Positions 1-9,182 are shown, numbered from the whole stretch's first letter. The stretch is DNA of 23,896 bases, filler included, from an uncultured virus (IMG/VR IMGVR_UViG_2124908030_000002) (4 parts of one record of this genome joined end to end with filler, not necessarily neighbours in it); one strand, 5' to 3'. A program made the numbers and translations. The notes: a model not told the origin generated them from the letters alone.

Positions 1-66
1 GGTTTAGTGACAGGGGCGTTCTAGGCTTCGGCATAGAAGCGTCTTCACTGAAACTTAGATACATAA

Positions 67-852
67 ATGGCAGCTGAAGAGATAACCGGAGCTGGTCCTG
101 ACGAGCTTGAAACTCTCGAAGGGCAATACTACAACACTCCACAATACACAGAGGAAGGGATTCCGTTTGAGCTTGCGTATTGCTTGAATCCTATTGCGAA
201 GCAGCCGGACCACTACGAGGGTCCACAGAGGTTTTGTAAGCGGCGAGGTGCGAATATCGATGGGGAAACCGGGAAGGCCGGGAAAGCAGTCTGCTGCCAT
301 TCCCACGGCGGCAACGTCACGGCGGAAGGGAAGCGGCAGGCGCATCACTTAGAGAACCCGCGTACCGCTGCTATCAAACACGGACTTGAGGCTGAAGACG
401 ACCACCTAATTATGGATTTTGATGACGACGAGCAGATGCTCTACGACTCTATCATGGAGGATTGGCCAGAAATCTACGGTTGGCCACCGCGCTCTGAAGA
501 CCCGGCTCGGTATCGGCTTCTCCGTCGAGTCGCTGTAAACGAGGTTCGGTCGATTCGGACTGAAGATTACATCGATGAAGACGGCGAGGTCCACAACGAG
601 CCGGTCTTTGACGACCAAGGGGTTCAGGTCGGAGAGAAGGAAGTCGAGAACCCGCTCGCACGAGAGTACCGGCTGCTCATGTCGGAAGTCACGGACCAGC
701 TGCGCGAGCTAGGCCTGACGCCGAAGGAGCAGCAGAAGATGGACACGCTTGAGTCGGAAGAGTCGGCGAACGAGGCAGTCACGAGTATCGCTTCCGACGC
801 GCTTGACGTTGACCGTGAGTACGACGCATCGGAGTTTACAGATAATGAATGA
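67..852 (+). CDS. terS: probable terminase small subunit
   Basis: 261-aa acidic ORF with a C-x2-HGG...NPRTAAIKHGL motif of the kind seen in HGG-motif small terminases; helical C-terminal half ending ELGLTP; next contig carries a portal gene. Confidence 0.6.
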   Translation: MAAEEITGAGPDELETLEGQYYNTPQYTEEGIPFELAYCLNPIAKQPDHYEGPQRFCKRRGANIDGETGKAGKAVCCHSHGGNVTAEGKRQAHHLENPRTAAIKHGLEAEDDHLIMDFDDDEQMLYDSIMEDWPEIYGWPPRSEDPARYRLLRRVAVNEVRSIRTEDYIDEDGEVHNEPVFDDQGVQVGEKEVENPLAREYRLLMSEVTDQLRELGLTPKEQQKMDTLESEESANEAVTSIASDALDVDREYDASEFTDNE

Positions 853-1095
853 GTTTCGTCCGATAACACAAAGCTGGTCGGATAGGTACGACATCGTTCA
901 GAACGCTCGGGTCCGGACCAACAGCGGCGAAGAGGCGCTGATGGACCCAGAGATGTTCGACTCGCTGAAGCGGCTCTTCGGGGAGCCGCTGGTCGGCCTT
1001 GTTGAAGCCATCACTACTACTTCAAGCCGCGCCGAGTCGTGCCGCTCGGTTCTGTCGCCGTTCCAGAGACCAGCACGGCGAACCTGACACTTTAA
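845..1095 (+). CDS. hypothetical protein, possibly frameshifted near ~1005
   Basis: ATG at 845 overlaps the end of terS. The frame closes at 1087, but an alternative frame (..HHYYFKPRRVVPLGSVAVPETSTANLTL*) ending at 1095 has more typical codons. Confidence 0.5.
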
Positions 1096-1155
1096 TGATA
1101 CAACATGACTGNNNNNNNNNNNNNNNNNNNNNNNNNNNNNNNNNNNNNNNNNNNN

Positions 1156-1167
1156 TTAATTAATTAA
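1156..1167. other. artificial contig linker TTAATTAATTAA
   Basis: Six-frame stop linker flanked by N runs. Confidence 0.97.
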
Positions 1168-1325
1168 NNNNNNNNNNNNNNNNNNNNNNNNNNNNNNNNN
1201 NNNNNNNNNNNGCTGTCAGGTCTAACAAGCCAACGAACACAGTAAGAGAAAACGGGACGCTTCAGGTGTCCCCAAACACCGATTCTCGCTCTAGCAGAAA
1301 TTATACCCGCCGACACTCACGATAA

Positions 1326-2789
1326 ATGCCCGAAAATACATCAAATTTCGTAGACGCGCCCTCTCATGACGGAGAAGGCAAGGATTTCTATACCGATTCG
1401 CCGAAGGGCGTAATCCGTGAGGATATTGGCGGCGGAACGTCGTCTGTCGGTGGTGACAGGGCGGTCGAGGCTCCTGAAGCCCAGATTGACGAGAACCGGG
1501 ACCTAGCTTACACCGACCCTCACGTCCACGAGTCGCTGATGACTCTCATCGACTGGATTGTCGGTGATGGGTATAACATCAGTCCTCGGACGCTTGAGCG
1601 CGCTACGGAAGACGGCTCCACCAGCGGTGGAGCCACAGCTTCCGGAGAGGGAAGTGGCGAGAGTGACATCCAGCTGGTCCGGACGCTGATGAAGTCCTCC
1701 AAGTTCTGGACGGTCTTCGTGGATTGGGTTGAGTACGCGGCCATCGACGGCCATGCGTTCATGGAGCTGGTCGTTGAAGACGAGCAGTTCAAGCCGAAGC
1801 TTCTCCCGACGAAGAAGATGAAGCGGAAGGAGAATAAGTTCGGGAAGCTTCAGTTCTACAAGCTTGTAACGCCGGAAGGTGGCTCGGCTGGTGGCGGCGG
1901 CGCGGGGGACACGGAAATCAAGTACGAACCCCACGAGGTCGCTGAACTGACGTTCGAGAAGCACCCGACCGACGACTTCGGGCGCTCACTCCTAGAGCCG
2001 GTGCGAGAGCAGGCAGATATGCTCCGCGACATGGAGATTGACTACGCCCGGTTCATAGCGACGAAGGCGTACCCTCCTATCCTGTGGAAGCTCGGTGACG
2101 AGGAGAACAACTGGACTGAAGACCAGACGCAGGCGTGGATGGACAACGTTCAGGCGATTGAGCCTGACACGATGCTTGCGGCCCCACACGACGTTGAGAC
2201 GGAAATCGTGGGGACCACTTCGACTTCTTCTACTTCTGGTGCGATGCGCCTCGAAGAGACGTTCAAGCACTTCGAGAACCGTGTCGTGACCGGCCTCGGC
2301 GTTCCCCGTGCCATCATGAACATGGATGCGGGGCAGGGCGAGGGCGCGGCGACGATGCCCGCCTTCAAGCGTCGAGTCTCCCGGCTTCAGAACCGTGTGA
2401 AGTCTGCCGTCGAGCAGCAGATTGTGAAGAGTCTGCTCAACGAGAGCGCGGCGCTCGAAGAGTTTGATGGCGTTGTTCCCGAGTTTCAGTTCGGCGAACA
2501 CAGTTCATCCGAGAAGCGACTTGAGATGGACAAGCTGCTCAAGCTCTTCAACAACGGGCTGCTGAAGGCTTCTGCCTTCGCAGAGCGCGCCGGTATCGAC
2601 CCGGACGAGCTGCCCGAGTTTTGGGACGACGGAGAGCTGGTCGCAAACCTTCAGGCGCTCGCTCAGGTTGGCGACACATCCAGAACCCCGGCGGCGGCAG
2701 TCCGACTGACACGGAAGGCGGCGCTGATTCTTCGGGTGGCGAGGTCGTCTCTAGAGAGGGCGGTGAAGACGGCTCTGGTGATGGCCGGA
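1326..2789 (+). CDS. portal protein (3' end truncated by gap; apparent 1-nt frameshift near 2676)
   Basis: Portal-type motifs DGHAFMELV, HEVAELTF..DDFGRSLLEPV and GLGVP. The acidic Gly-rich tail continues in another frame (IQNPGGGSPTDTEGG...). Confidence 0.8.
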
Positions 2790-2833
2790 NNNNNNNNNNN
2801 NNNNNNNNNNNNNNNNNNNNNNNNNNNNNNNNN

Positions 2834-2845
2834 TTAATTAATTAA
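2834..2845. other. artificial contig linker TTAATTAATTAA
   Basis: Six-frame stop linker flanked by N runs. Confidence 0.97.
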
Positions 2846-2927
2846 NNNNNNNNNNNNNNNNNNNNNNNNNNNNNNNNNNNNNNNNNNNNGGTGGTGTCCA
2901 TGTTTGGCGTCGCGCAACCTTGGAAGT

Positions 2928-3040
2928 CGGCTAGTGACCAACAGTGTGAGCGTTCGGCTGACGTTTCGCGGTGCGGTGGCCGCCGAGGGCGGAATCGCCC
3001 GAAGGCGGCGAGGTCCACGGTTCAAATCCGTGTTGGCCCA
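2928..3040 (+). tRNA. tRNA-like sequence: canonical 3' half, degenerate or interrupted 5' half
   Basis: AGGTC variable loop + CACGG-TTCAAAT-CCGTG T-arm + TTGGCCC-A acceptor strand (3011-3040). Upstream GAGCG-TTCGG-CTGAC resembles the D-stem 3' side and anticodon arm; a GC hairpin lies between them. Confidence 0.5.
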
Positions 3041-3184
3041 CATTTCATTCGGTGGCTTCCAATTCACCAGACGTGAGGCCTTCACTTATAAACCGAAGAC
3101 AACTAGCGAAAGACAGTTGAACATTCACACGGTTGGACGAGCCGCCTTCTTGCGGTTACAACTAGCCGAAGAACCCCGAACCCC

Positions 3185-3190
3185 AAAAAA
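3185..3190 (-). terminator. oligo-T terminator of the minus-strand gene run
   Basis: T6 on the minus strand 8 nt after the stop codon at 3198. Confidence 0.55.
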
Positions 3191-3197
3191 CCCACCG

Positions 3198-3368
3198 CTA
3201 ACGGCTGTCTTCCAACAGTTCGTGGTCTACGTCGTACTGCCTCGCAAGCTTACGAATCTCCGCTTTGTAATCTTCTTCAAGGCGGCCTCGGTTGTCCATC
3301 ACAACAATCTGTGCCGCCATCAGCTGTACCACTTCTCGGTCGGTAAGGTCAGGTAGTTCTTTACTCAT
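3198..3368 (-). CDS. hypothetical protein (56 aa)
   Basis: Acidic ORF starting MSKELP; start overlaps the upstream stop. Confidence 0.7.
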   Translation of the reverse strand: MSKELPDLTDREVVQLMAAQIVVMDNRGRLEEDYKAEIRKLARQYDVDHELLEDSR

Positions 3369-3549
3369 CTGCGATGTTGTTCTCAATCCACTCTTCAGGC
3401 TGTTCGGGCGGCTCTGGTAGTTCTTTCATCTCTTTGACGGTCCTATTTCGATGCCTAGAACAAAAATTATGACCGAAGAGATGTCGGGCACCGAATTTCC
3501 CACAGTCGGGATGCTCACACCTGTCTTGTATTACTTCGTTGTTACTCAT
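3361..3549 (-). CDS. small Cys/His metal-binding protein
   Basis: C-x4-C...C-x2-H; translationally coupled to its neighbours. Confidence 0.7.
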   Translation of the reverse strand: MSNNEVIQDRCEHPDCGKFGARHLFGHNFCSRHRNRTVKEMKELPEPPEQPEEWIENNIADE

Positions 3550-3787
3550 CGGCTTCCTCCATCTTGTCAGCCATCCTCTTTAGTGCGTGAGAAATCTGTC
3601 GTGCCTCTTCTACCGTCAGCCCAATCCGGGCTTTTCGCACGTATTCCCGGTCAGAAGCCGGTTCATCGTCTAAGATGAGTTGGCCTTCGGGGACTGTCTC
3701 GATTACTCCTATCTCTACGATTGGTGCGCTGTCTTTGTCGTACATCCCGGCAATCGGGACTTTATCATGGTGGCTGTAGTTAGGCAT
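3542..3787 (-). CDS. hypothetical protein (81 aa)
   Basis: Acidic ORF with overlapping start and stop. Confidence 0.75.
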   Translation of the reverse strand: MPNYSHHDKVPIAGMYDKDSAPIVEIGVIETVPEGQLILDDEPASDREYVRKARIGLTVEEARQISHALKRMADKMEEADE

Positions 3788-4058
3788 CGTTGGGATTGTC
3801 TTCTGTAATCCTCAGCTCTTCTTCGGTCGCTTCAACGTACAGGAACTTCCCGTCTTCAGGCCGGAGCCAAAACTCGTCGTGTATCAAGTCGAGGTTTAGC
3901 CCCCCGATGAACACGTTGTCTTGGTGCGCCTCGTAGATGGTTTCGCTCTCACCGTAGTCAGCGTGAACCCGGACACGTCCACCGCTAGCCTTGCTCACAG
4001 CTATTTTCTCGAACGTTGCGACTCCGGTTATCGTACCGATTATGTCGTCATCTGTCAT
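3780..4058 (-). CDS. hypothetical protein (92 aa)
   Basis: Acidic ORF with ATGA overlap. Confidence 0.75.
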   Translation of the reverse strand: MTDDDIIGTITGVATFEKIAVSKASGGRVRVHADYGESETIYEAHQDNVFIGGLNLDLIHDEFWLRPEDGKFLYVEATEEELRITEDNPNDA

Positions 4059-4399
4059 CGTGCTAAAGGAGAGTCTTTCATCCCTCTTTTAATTTCCCGT
4101 GTCATTTTTGCCATTTCTATCTGTTCTTCAAGGGGGAGCGAAACGAGGTTCACCGACTCCCCGGATTCAAGCAGGTACATTCTCTCCCCGACTATCTCGG
4201 AGAAGAACCAAACCAGTATGGACTCTGGCCGCGTGGTGTAGACCCGCTCTCCTTCAATCTTCACGGCGAACATGGTGTTCGCATCTTCGTACTCGGAACC
4301 GAACGCAGTAAACTCTACGTCGGTTCTATCGATTCCTTCGGGGACAACAACTACATGAAGGCCCCAATCGTGGTCGTAGCTGAAGCTGATGTCACTCAT
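4055..4399 (-). CDS. hypothetical protein (114 aa)
   Basis: Acidic ORF with overlapping start and stop. Confidence 0.75.
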   Translation of the reverse strand: MSDISFSYDHDWGLHVVVVPEGIDRTDVEFTAFGSEYEDANTMFAVKIEGERVYTTRPESILVWFFSEIVGERMYLLESGESVNLVSLPLEEQIEMAKMTREIKRGMKDSPLAR

Positions 4400-4847
4400 T
4401 ATGCCTTTGGTCGTGTGCTATTGCTATCGCAGCGGCAAGAATACCGCCCATTACGGAGAAAAATATTCCGTAAACAAAGGAGCCGAGAATCTTTGTTGCG
4501 GTAATGCCTGTCACATCAGCATAGATAAATGGCAACGAAGCACCGAACAGGATAAGAGGGACCGCATACAGGGCAATCCCTACCATCTTCCGGCGCGTCG
4601 TCCACCACTCACGGAGGTACTTTCTCTTCTGGCGTATCTCAAGTGCCCTACGCAGACTTACACAGCCTTCACACAACTGTTTTTCATCTGTTAGTGTTCT
4701 TGTCTCTGTGTCTGGCATACCAGCACCTTCCATATACCCTATTGTATTAATCTCGTCTTCGGTGACAATTTCTCCGCAGTGTTCACACTTGTACCGTATC
4801 TTTTCAACCTCTCTCGTCTCGAAGTCGGTGACGGTTACTTGGGTCAT
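4392..4847 (-). CDS. zinc-finger membrane protein
   Basis: CEHC...CEGC followed by two hydrophobic segments (MVGIALYAVPLILFGASLPFIY; ILGSFVYGIFFSVMGGILAAAIAIA); ATGA overlap at 4844-4847. Confidence 0.75.
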   Translation of the reverse strand: MTQVTVTDFETREVEKIRYKCEHCGEIVTEDEINTIGYMEGAGMPDTETRTLTDEKQLCEGCVSLRRALEIRQKRKYLREWWTTRRKMVGIALYAVPLILFGASLPFIYADVTGITATKILGSFVYGIFFSVMGGILAAAIAIAHDQRHNE

Positions 4848-5296
4848 GGCTCGTAGTGAAGCTCCCATACTCCGTGAGAGATTATCGCTTCCCCGTCTTG
4901 CTGGTCGGGGTCGATGTGTATCTCTGCTTCTCCGGCGTGGTACATCTCTTCTATCTCTATGACTATTCTTTCTACCGGGTCGGGTACTTCATCCCACTCG
5001 GTTATCTCTGGTAGCTCTACTTCTACATCGTCAGCAAGGATTAGACGACTATACTCAAACCGATAACTGCGCGTCTCTTCGCACTCTGCCCCGTATCCAT
5101 AGAACGTTTCGTCGTGCTTTTTCGAGTGGGTCGCTGACGTTACTTCAGCCCATCTACACTCTTCACGGAAGATTGCCGCTCCGTCTTCCATGATTGGGCT
5201 GTCTTCTGTTGGCCTCCACTCGTGGTCGTGAGTGTTTATCGGGTCGGGGTCTGGCGGGGAAGTCGGCGGCCCCGAGAATCCTCTACGTCCCATCAT
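4844..5296 (-). CDS. hypothetical protein (150 aa)
   Basis: Acidic ORF; its 5' part recurs at 6311-6476. Confidence 0.75.
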   Translation of the reverse strand: MMGRRGFSGPPTSPPDPDPINTHDHEWRPTEDSPIMEDGAAIFREECRWAEVTSATHSKKHDETFYGYGAECEETRSYRFEYSRLILADDVEVELPEITEWDEVPDPVERIVIEIEEMYHAGEAEIHIDPDQQDGEAIISHGVWELHYEP

Positions 5297-5510
5297 CTAT
5301 CACATCGACCGGAAGAACAGTCCCCCCGATAGTTGATTCCACACCAGTATCGTACTCGTACTGTACCTCGATGCTGCCGTTACGAGCTAGGTGAATGAAC
5401 CGAAGCTCTGTAACACTACCTTCTGTCCGGTCTGCGTCTTTGACGACGTGCCTTTCACCGTTGTTCAGTTGGCGCACTATCTTTTGTCTCCGTGGTTTTT
5501 TCTCGTTCAT
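5283..5510 (-). CDS. hypothetical protein (75 aa)
   Basis: ORF conserved in both copies of the block. Confidence 0.75.
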   Translation of the reverse strand: MNEKKPRRQKIVRQLNNGERHVVKDADRTEGSVTELRFIHLARNGSIEVQYEYDTGVESTIGGTVLPVDVIDDGT

Positions 5511-5920
5511 TTGATGTAATCCCGAAGGTTCTCAAGTCCCGCTTCTCCAAGCCCCGACACGTCCAGCAGCTCGTCGTCTTCGGCCTGCTGGATGTCGAGC
5601 TTCGTCTCGAAGCCGTTGCGATGAAGCTTGTACGCGGTCTTCTTACCCACGAACTTCACCTCTGACCACTCTTCCGTCTCGGCGTCTATCAGGTCGAGGT
5701 CGGAGTCGGGAAGATGCTCGAAGTAGCCGGCTTCTACCTGATTCTCGAAGGCTTCTCGCTGCTCTATCCGGTGGGCGTTGCCGGACTTGCGGCCCGTCGT
5801 GTCGCTTCGGAGCAACACAACTCCCTCGTAAGCGAAGAGAATCTGGTACATCTCTCCGCGAGCCTCGTGCTTGTAAATCTGTCCAACTGCGGGTTCAACT
5901 GTGGAGTCTAGCTCACTCAT
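5507..5920 (-). CDS. helix-hairpin-helix domain protein (137 aa)
   Basis: Tandem HhH-like motifs VKFVGKKTAYKL and LLDVSGLGEAGLENL; start set from copy 2 (MSELDS). Confidence 0.75.
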   Translation of the reverse strand: MSELDSTVEPAVGQIYKHEARGEMYQILFAYEGVVLLRSDTTGRKSGNAHRIEQREAFENQVEAGYFEHLPDSDLDLIDAETEEWSEVKFVGKKTAYKLHRNGFETKLDIQQAEDDELLDVSGLGEAGLENLRDYIK

Positions 5921-6194
5921 CTCGTACCTCGTCTGCTGTCTTCTTTCCATCAACCACGTCAGCAAGCGTTCCAAGATACTCAACGACAGCACGGTTCTCC
6001 GCTTCGTCCTGCTTGGTGTGCTTACGCATCTCTTCTGCCAGCTGACGGGCCTCGTATGCGGTGTAGACCGCAGTTTTCTCACCGATGTCAACTTCCACCA
6101 ACCGCTCGTTGTCGGTGATGCCCACGGTGAGCGACCCGACCTTCCCGGTGAGAATAGCTGTGCTAACCTCTTTCTGAAGCTCTGTCTCGTACAT
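5913..6194 (-). CDS. hypothetical protein (93 aa)
   Basis: Acidic ORF; first gene downstream of hammerhead A. Confidence 0.75.
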   Translation of the reverse strand: MYETELQKEVSTAILTGKVGSLTVGITDNERLVEVDIGEKTAVYTAYEARQLAEEMRKHTKQDEAENRAVVEYLGTLADVVDGKKTADEVRDE

Positions 6195-6221
6195 ACTGTC
6201 TTGCTCTTGTGATTCCCATTA

Positions 6222-6289
6222 AGTCATAGGCTCTTCAGGGGAAGGGCGACTAGCTCCCTCCCGAGGGGCGCGGCGCCCCTTTCGCCCGT
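6222..6289 (-). ncRNA. type II hammerhead ribozyme A
   Basis: GGGC-GAAA-GGGGCG(CCG)CGCCCC-UC^-GGGAGGG(AGCUAGUCGC)CCUUCCC-CUGAAGA-GCCU-AUGACU; complete core; predicted cut at 6263/6262. Confidence 0.92.
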
Positions 6290-6462
6290 NNNNNNNNNNN
6301 NNNNNNNNNGTGGCTGACGTTACTTCAGCCCATCTACACTCTTCACGGAAGATTGCCGCTCCGTCTTCCATGATTGGGCTGTCTTCTGTTGGCCTCCACT
6401 CGTGGTCGTGAGTGTTTATCGGGTCGGGGTCTGGCGGGGAAGTCGGCGGCCCCGAGAATCCT

Positions 6463-6690
6463 CTACGTCCCATCATCTATCACATCGACCGGAAGAACAG
6501 TCCCCCCGATAGTTGATTCCACACCAGTATCGTACTCGTACTGTACCTCGATGCTGCCGTTACGAGCTAGGTGAATGAACCGAAGCTCTGTAACACTACC
6601 TTCTGTCCGGTCTGCGTCTTTGACTACGTGCCGTTCACCGCTGTTCAGTTGGCGCACTATCTTTTGTCTCCGTGGTTTGTTCTCGTTCAT
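6463..6690 (-). CDS. hypothetical protein (variant of 5283-5510)
   Basis: Two amino-acid differences from copy 1. Confidence 0.75.
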   Translation of the reverse strand: MNENKPRRQKIVRQLNSGERHVVKDADRTEGSVTELRFIHLARNGSIEVQYEYDTGVESTIGGTVLPVDVIDDGT

Positions 6691-7100
6691 TTGATGTAAT
6701 CCCGAAGGTTCTCAAGTCCCGCTTCTCCAAGCCCCGACACGTCCAGCAGCTCGTCGTCTTCGGCCTGCTGGATGTCGAGCTTCGTCTCGAAGCCGTTGCG
6801 ATGAAGCTTGTACGCGGTCTTCTTACCCACGAACTTCACCTCTGACCACTCTTCCGTCTCGGCGTCTATCAGGTCGAGGTCGGAGTCGGGAAGATGCTCG
6901 AAGTAGCCGGCTTCCACCTGATTCTCGAAGGCTTCTCGCTGCTCTATCCGGTGGGCGTTGCCGGACTTGCGGCCCGTAGTGTCGCTTCGGAGCAACACAA
7001 CTCCCTCGTAAGCGAAGAGAATCTGGTACATCTCTCCGCGAGCCTCGTGCTTGTAAATCTGTCCAACTGCGGGTTCAACTGTGGAGTCTAGCTCACTCAT
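6687..7100 (-). CDS. helix-hairpin-helix domain protein (copy 2)
   Basis: Same protein as 5507-5920, synonymous SNPs only. Confidence 0.75.
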   Translation of the reverse strand: MSELDSTVEPAVGQIYKHEARGEMYQILFAYEGVVLLRSDTTGRKSGNAHRIEQREAFENQVEAGYFEHLPDSDLDLIDAETEEWSEVKFVGKKTAYKLHRNGFETKLDIQQAEDDELLDVSGLGEAGLENLRDYIK

Positions 7101-7423
7101 GAATCAAAGTCTACGTACTCTGCTTTGTCTGTGGTTATTTTGGTCCCCGTTTTTCGGACTTCGACTGTCTCTTCTACCTCTCGCGTCGAGAATGGCTTGA
7201 AGAAGACAGCAATAACTCCTTCATCTGTGAGCTTGTTTTCTGGCTGGACTGCTGAAATGAGGAACCCACACTCTAGAGCCTCTGCTCCGAGAGAGTGATG
7301 ATGGGGGAACCCATCTTCAGCAAACTCGATACAGCAACAAGTTCGGGTTCTAGTATCTTCTACCACAGTTCCGGACTGGTTCTCGAACGTATCTACCAGC
7401 TCGTAAAATTTTGATTTATTCAT
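7097..7423 (-). CDS. hypothetical protein (108 aa), present only in copy 2
   Basis: ORF overlaps both neighbours; more AT-rich codons. Confidence 0.75.
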   Translation of the reverse strand: MNKSKFYELVDTFENQSGTVVEDTRTRTCCCIEFAEDGFPHHHSLGAEALECGFLISAVQPENKLTDEGVIAVFFKPFSTREVEETVEVRKTGTKITTDKAEYVDFDS

Positions 7424-7535
7424 CTCTTACCTCGTCTGCTGTCTTCTTCCCATCAACCACGTCAGCAAGCGTTCCAAGATACTCAACGACAGCACGGTTC
7501 TCCGCTTCGTCCTGCTTGGTGTGCTTACGCATCTC
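7416..7535 (-). CDS. 3' part of the 93-aa protein (copy 2; 5' end in gap)
   Basis: EMRKHTKQ...EVRDE identical to 5913-6194. Confidence 0.75.
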   Translation of the reverse strand, partial: EMRKHTKQDEAENRAVVEYLGTLADVVDGKKTADEVRDE

Positions 7536-7555
7536 NNNNNNNNNNNNNNNNNNNN

Positions 7556-8289
7556 ACCTCGTCTTCGAGGTCCACATCCCCGACGTGACGGATGGTCTTC
7601 TTCTCGGTGATGCTCCTGATGGAGTTGTCACACCGGGTGTCCTGAGCGAAGCCCTCGAAGTACAGGGCTTGCGACCCGAAGAAGTCGTAGCCGGTCCTGA
7701 TACCGAGAACGAGCGGGTCGGTGCCGCTGTCGTCGTCGGTGTAGTCGATGTTGAAGGCATCGAAGAGGATGTCCATGTGGACTTCCCCGCCGCCCTTGTA
7801 CTGCCGAATCTCCCCGAACACATCGTCGCCGTAACCCTCGTCACGGATGGCCTCTTCGAGCGGTTCGTAGGCCGTCATGGGGTTGACGATGCTGTACGAC
7901 TTGCTCGGGACGTGCCAGAGCGCATCTTCGTTCGGAGTGTCGTCGGGGTTCAGCCACTCCCGAAGCTTGTCGGGGGAGTAGATGGACTGGAAGCGGTCAG
8001 TCTCAACGAAGACCGTCCGGTCGTTGACCCGGTGAAAGTCCACCCCGTCAGGTGCCCGGTTCCGAAGCGGCCCGTCGTTCAGGTTTTGGGCCACGTCTTC
8101 CGGCATCTTCCACGCGAGGCCGCCCTGCTCGGCCTGTTCTAACTCTCGAATCGCCGCTGCCATCGAGGTGTCGGGAGGGTTCTCGGCATCCATCCCGGCG
8201 ATGCTGGCCGCTGTGTCACCCATCTCGGTGTTGTTATGGGTGGTCAATCCTGCGAACTGCGTCGTCGTGTCGGCGGTGTTCTGGCGCAT
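7556..8289 (-). CDS. DUF932/DUF945-like phage protein (3' truncated by gap)
   Basis: PSKSYSIVNP, GYDFFGS and C-x-N...IRHVG pattern typical of the family. Confidence 0.6.
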
Positions 8290-8330
8290 GGTGTGTCTCG
8301 TTTTATATCATGGCGTCGAGGTGACGCTGA

Positions 8331-8371
8331 AAGGGCGGAGAGGAATCGAACCTCTCGGAACCACTCACCCT
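8331..8371 (-). ncRNA. mini-tRNA (t-element) 1
   Basis: AGGGUG-AGUGGUUCC-GAGAGG(UUCGAUU)CCUCUC-CGCCCU: 6-bp acceptor plus 6-bp T-stem with canonical T-loop; no D or anticodon arm. Confidence 0.8.
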
Positions 8372-8391
8372 AACATTCAAAGCCCTACGCC

Positions 8392-8619
8392 TTAAGTCTT
8401 TTCAGTATCAATCTCTTCGGGCAGAGGTATGATACCTCGCTCGTCGTAGTAGTCTAGGACTTTCAGAAGGTCTTCTTTGAAACGGTCTGATATGTACCCC
8501 TTGCCTAGTGCGTTGGAGAACGAACTTGCTGCTCGCCCGGAGCAGACAGAGAGGTTAGACTGTTTTATCCCTCGTTCCATTCTCATCTCGTCAATTTCTT
8601 CGATTGACTTGTCAGTCAT
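8392..8619 (-). CDS. XRE-like helix-turn-helix protein
   Basis: MRMERGIKQSNLSVCSGRAASSFSNALGKG fits an XRE/Cro HTH pattern. Confidence 0.65.
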   Translation of the reverse strand: MTDKSIEEIDEMRMERGIKQSNLSVCSGRAASSFSNALGKGYISDRFKEDLLKVLDYYDERGIIPLPEEIDTEKT

Positions 8620-9171
8620 CAGAGCGGAGGTACTTCTCTACCTCGGCGTCGTTCAGGGTTTGCTGGCCTCCGTCCGTCGCTGCCAGACGCTCACCCTGAT
8701 GGCTACCGTCGTAGTCATCGGCTACGTCAGCACTCTCGAAGACCATCTGTGCTATCGGATACCGTTCGGGGAACCGGACAGGGTTGACTGCCGAAGGAAC
8801 CCGGAGTAGCCCTTCGCCGTAGCCCTCGTAGCCTTGGTCCCACAGGGCAGAAGTAAGGTGGAGGCCGCACCGCATCAGTCGGGACCGGGGGTAGACCCTG
8901 CCGACGTACCCTTCGGGAATCTCTATCTTCTCGGCGTAGACGATGGGGTACGGCCCTTGAGGGAGCCGGTAGAAGCCGGTGTCTTTCGGCACAACCCTCG
9001 TTCTGTCCGGCTTCGAGTAGCCAAACTCCGTGAACCGGGCTGTCCTGACGACCGGAAGACTTCTCCAATTGTCAGGTCCACACCGTTCGGCTGAATCTGC
9101 TCTTCAGGGATGTCTCCGTCGTTCAGATGCTCTGCTACTAGACTGCCGGATGCTACTGCGTTGTCACTCAT
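8612..9171 (-). CDS. dcd: dCTP deaminase / trimeric dUTPase family protein (1-nt frameshift near 9040)
   Basis: QIQPNGVDLTI in one frame; PRSRLMRCGL, WDQGYEG and PIAQMVF in another; adding one base at GGACAG^CCC joins them. Confidence 0.9.
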
Positions 9172-9182
9172 TTTTGTGAATC

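Larger units (their letters stand above)
5133..6033. repeat. duplicated block, copy 1 (copy 2 at 6313-7535 carries an extra gene)
   Basis: Near-identical sequence at offset 1180 up to 5920/7100, with a handful of SNPs; the rest of the block resumes after the inserted gene. Confidence 0.9.
6313..7535. repeat. duplicated block, copy 2 (includes inserted gene 7097-7423)
   Basis: Matches copy 1 apart from the insertion; bounded by N gaps on both sides. Confidence 0.9.

Noticed and set aside
5133..7535. True tandem duplication of a gene block (also 14903-15700 versus 16233-17030)
   Set aside because: The copies are separated by N gaps and differ by scattered, largely synonymous SNPs; co-assembled strain variants are the simpler explanation
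8990..9060. Programmed frameshift in dcd (likewise in the portal gene near 2676 and the ORF near 1005)
   Set aside because: No slippery heptamer, and several single-base indels in a draft assembly point to sequencing error; not provable without reads
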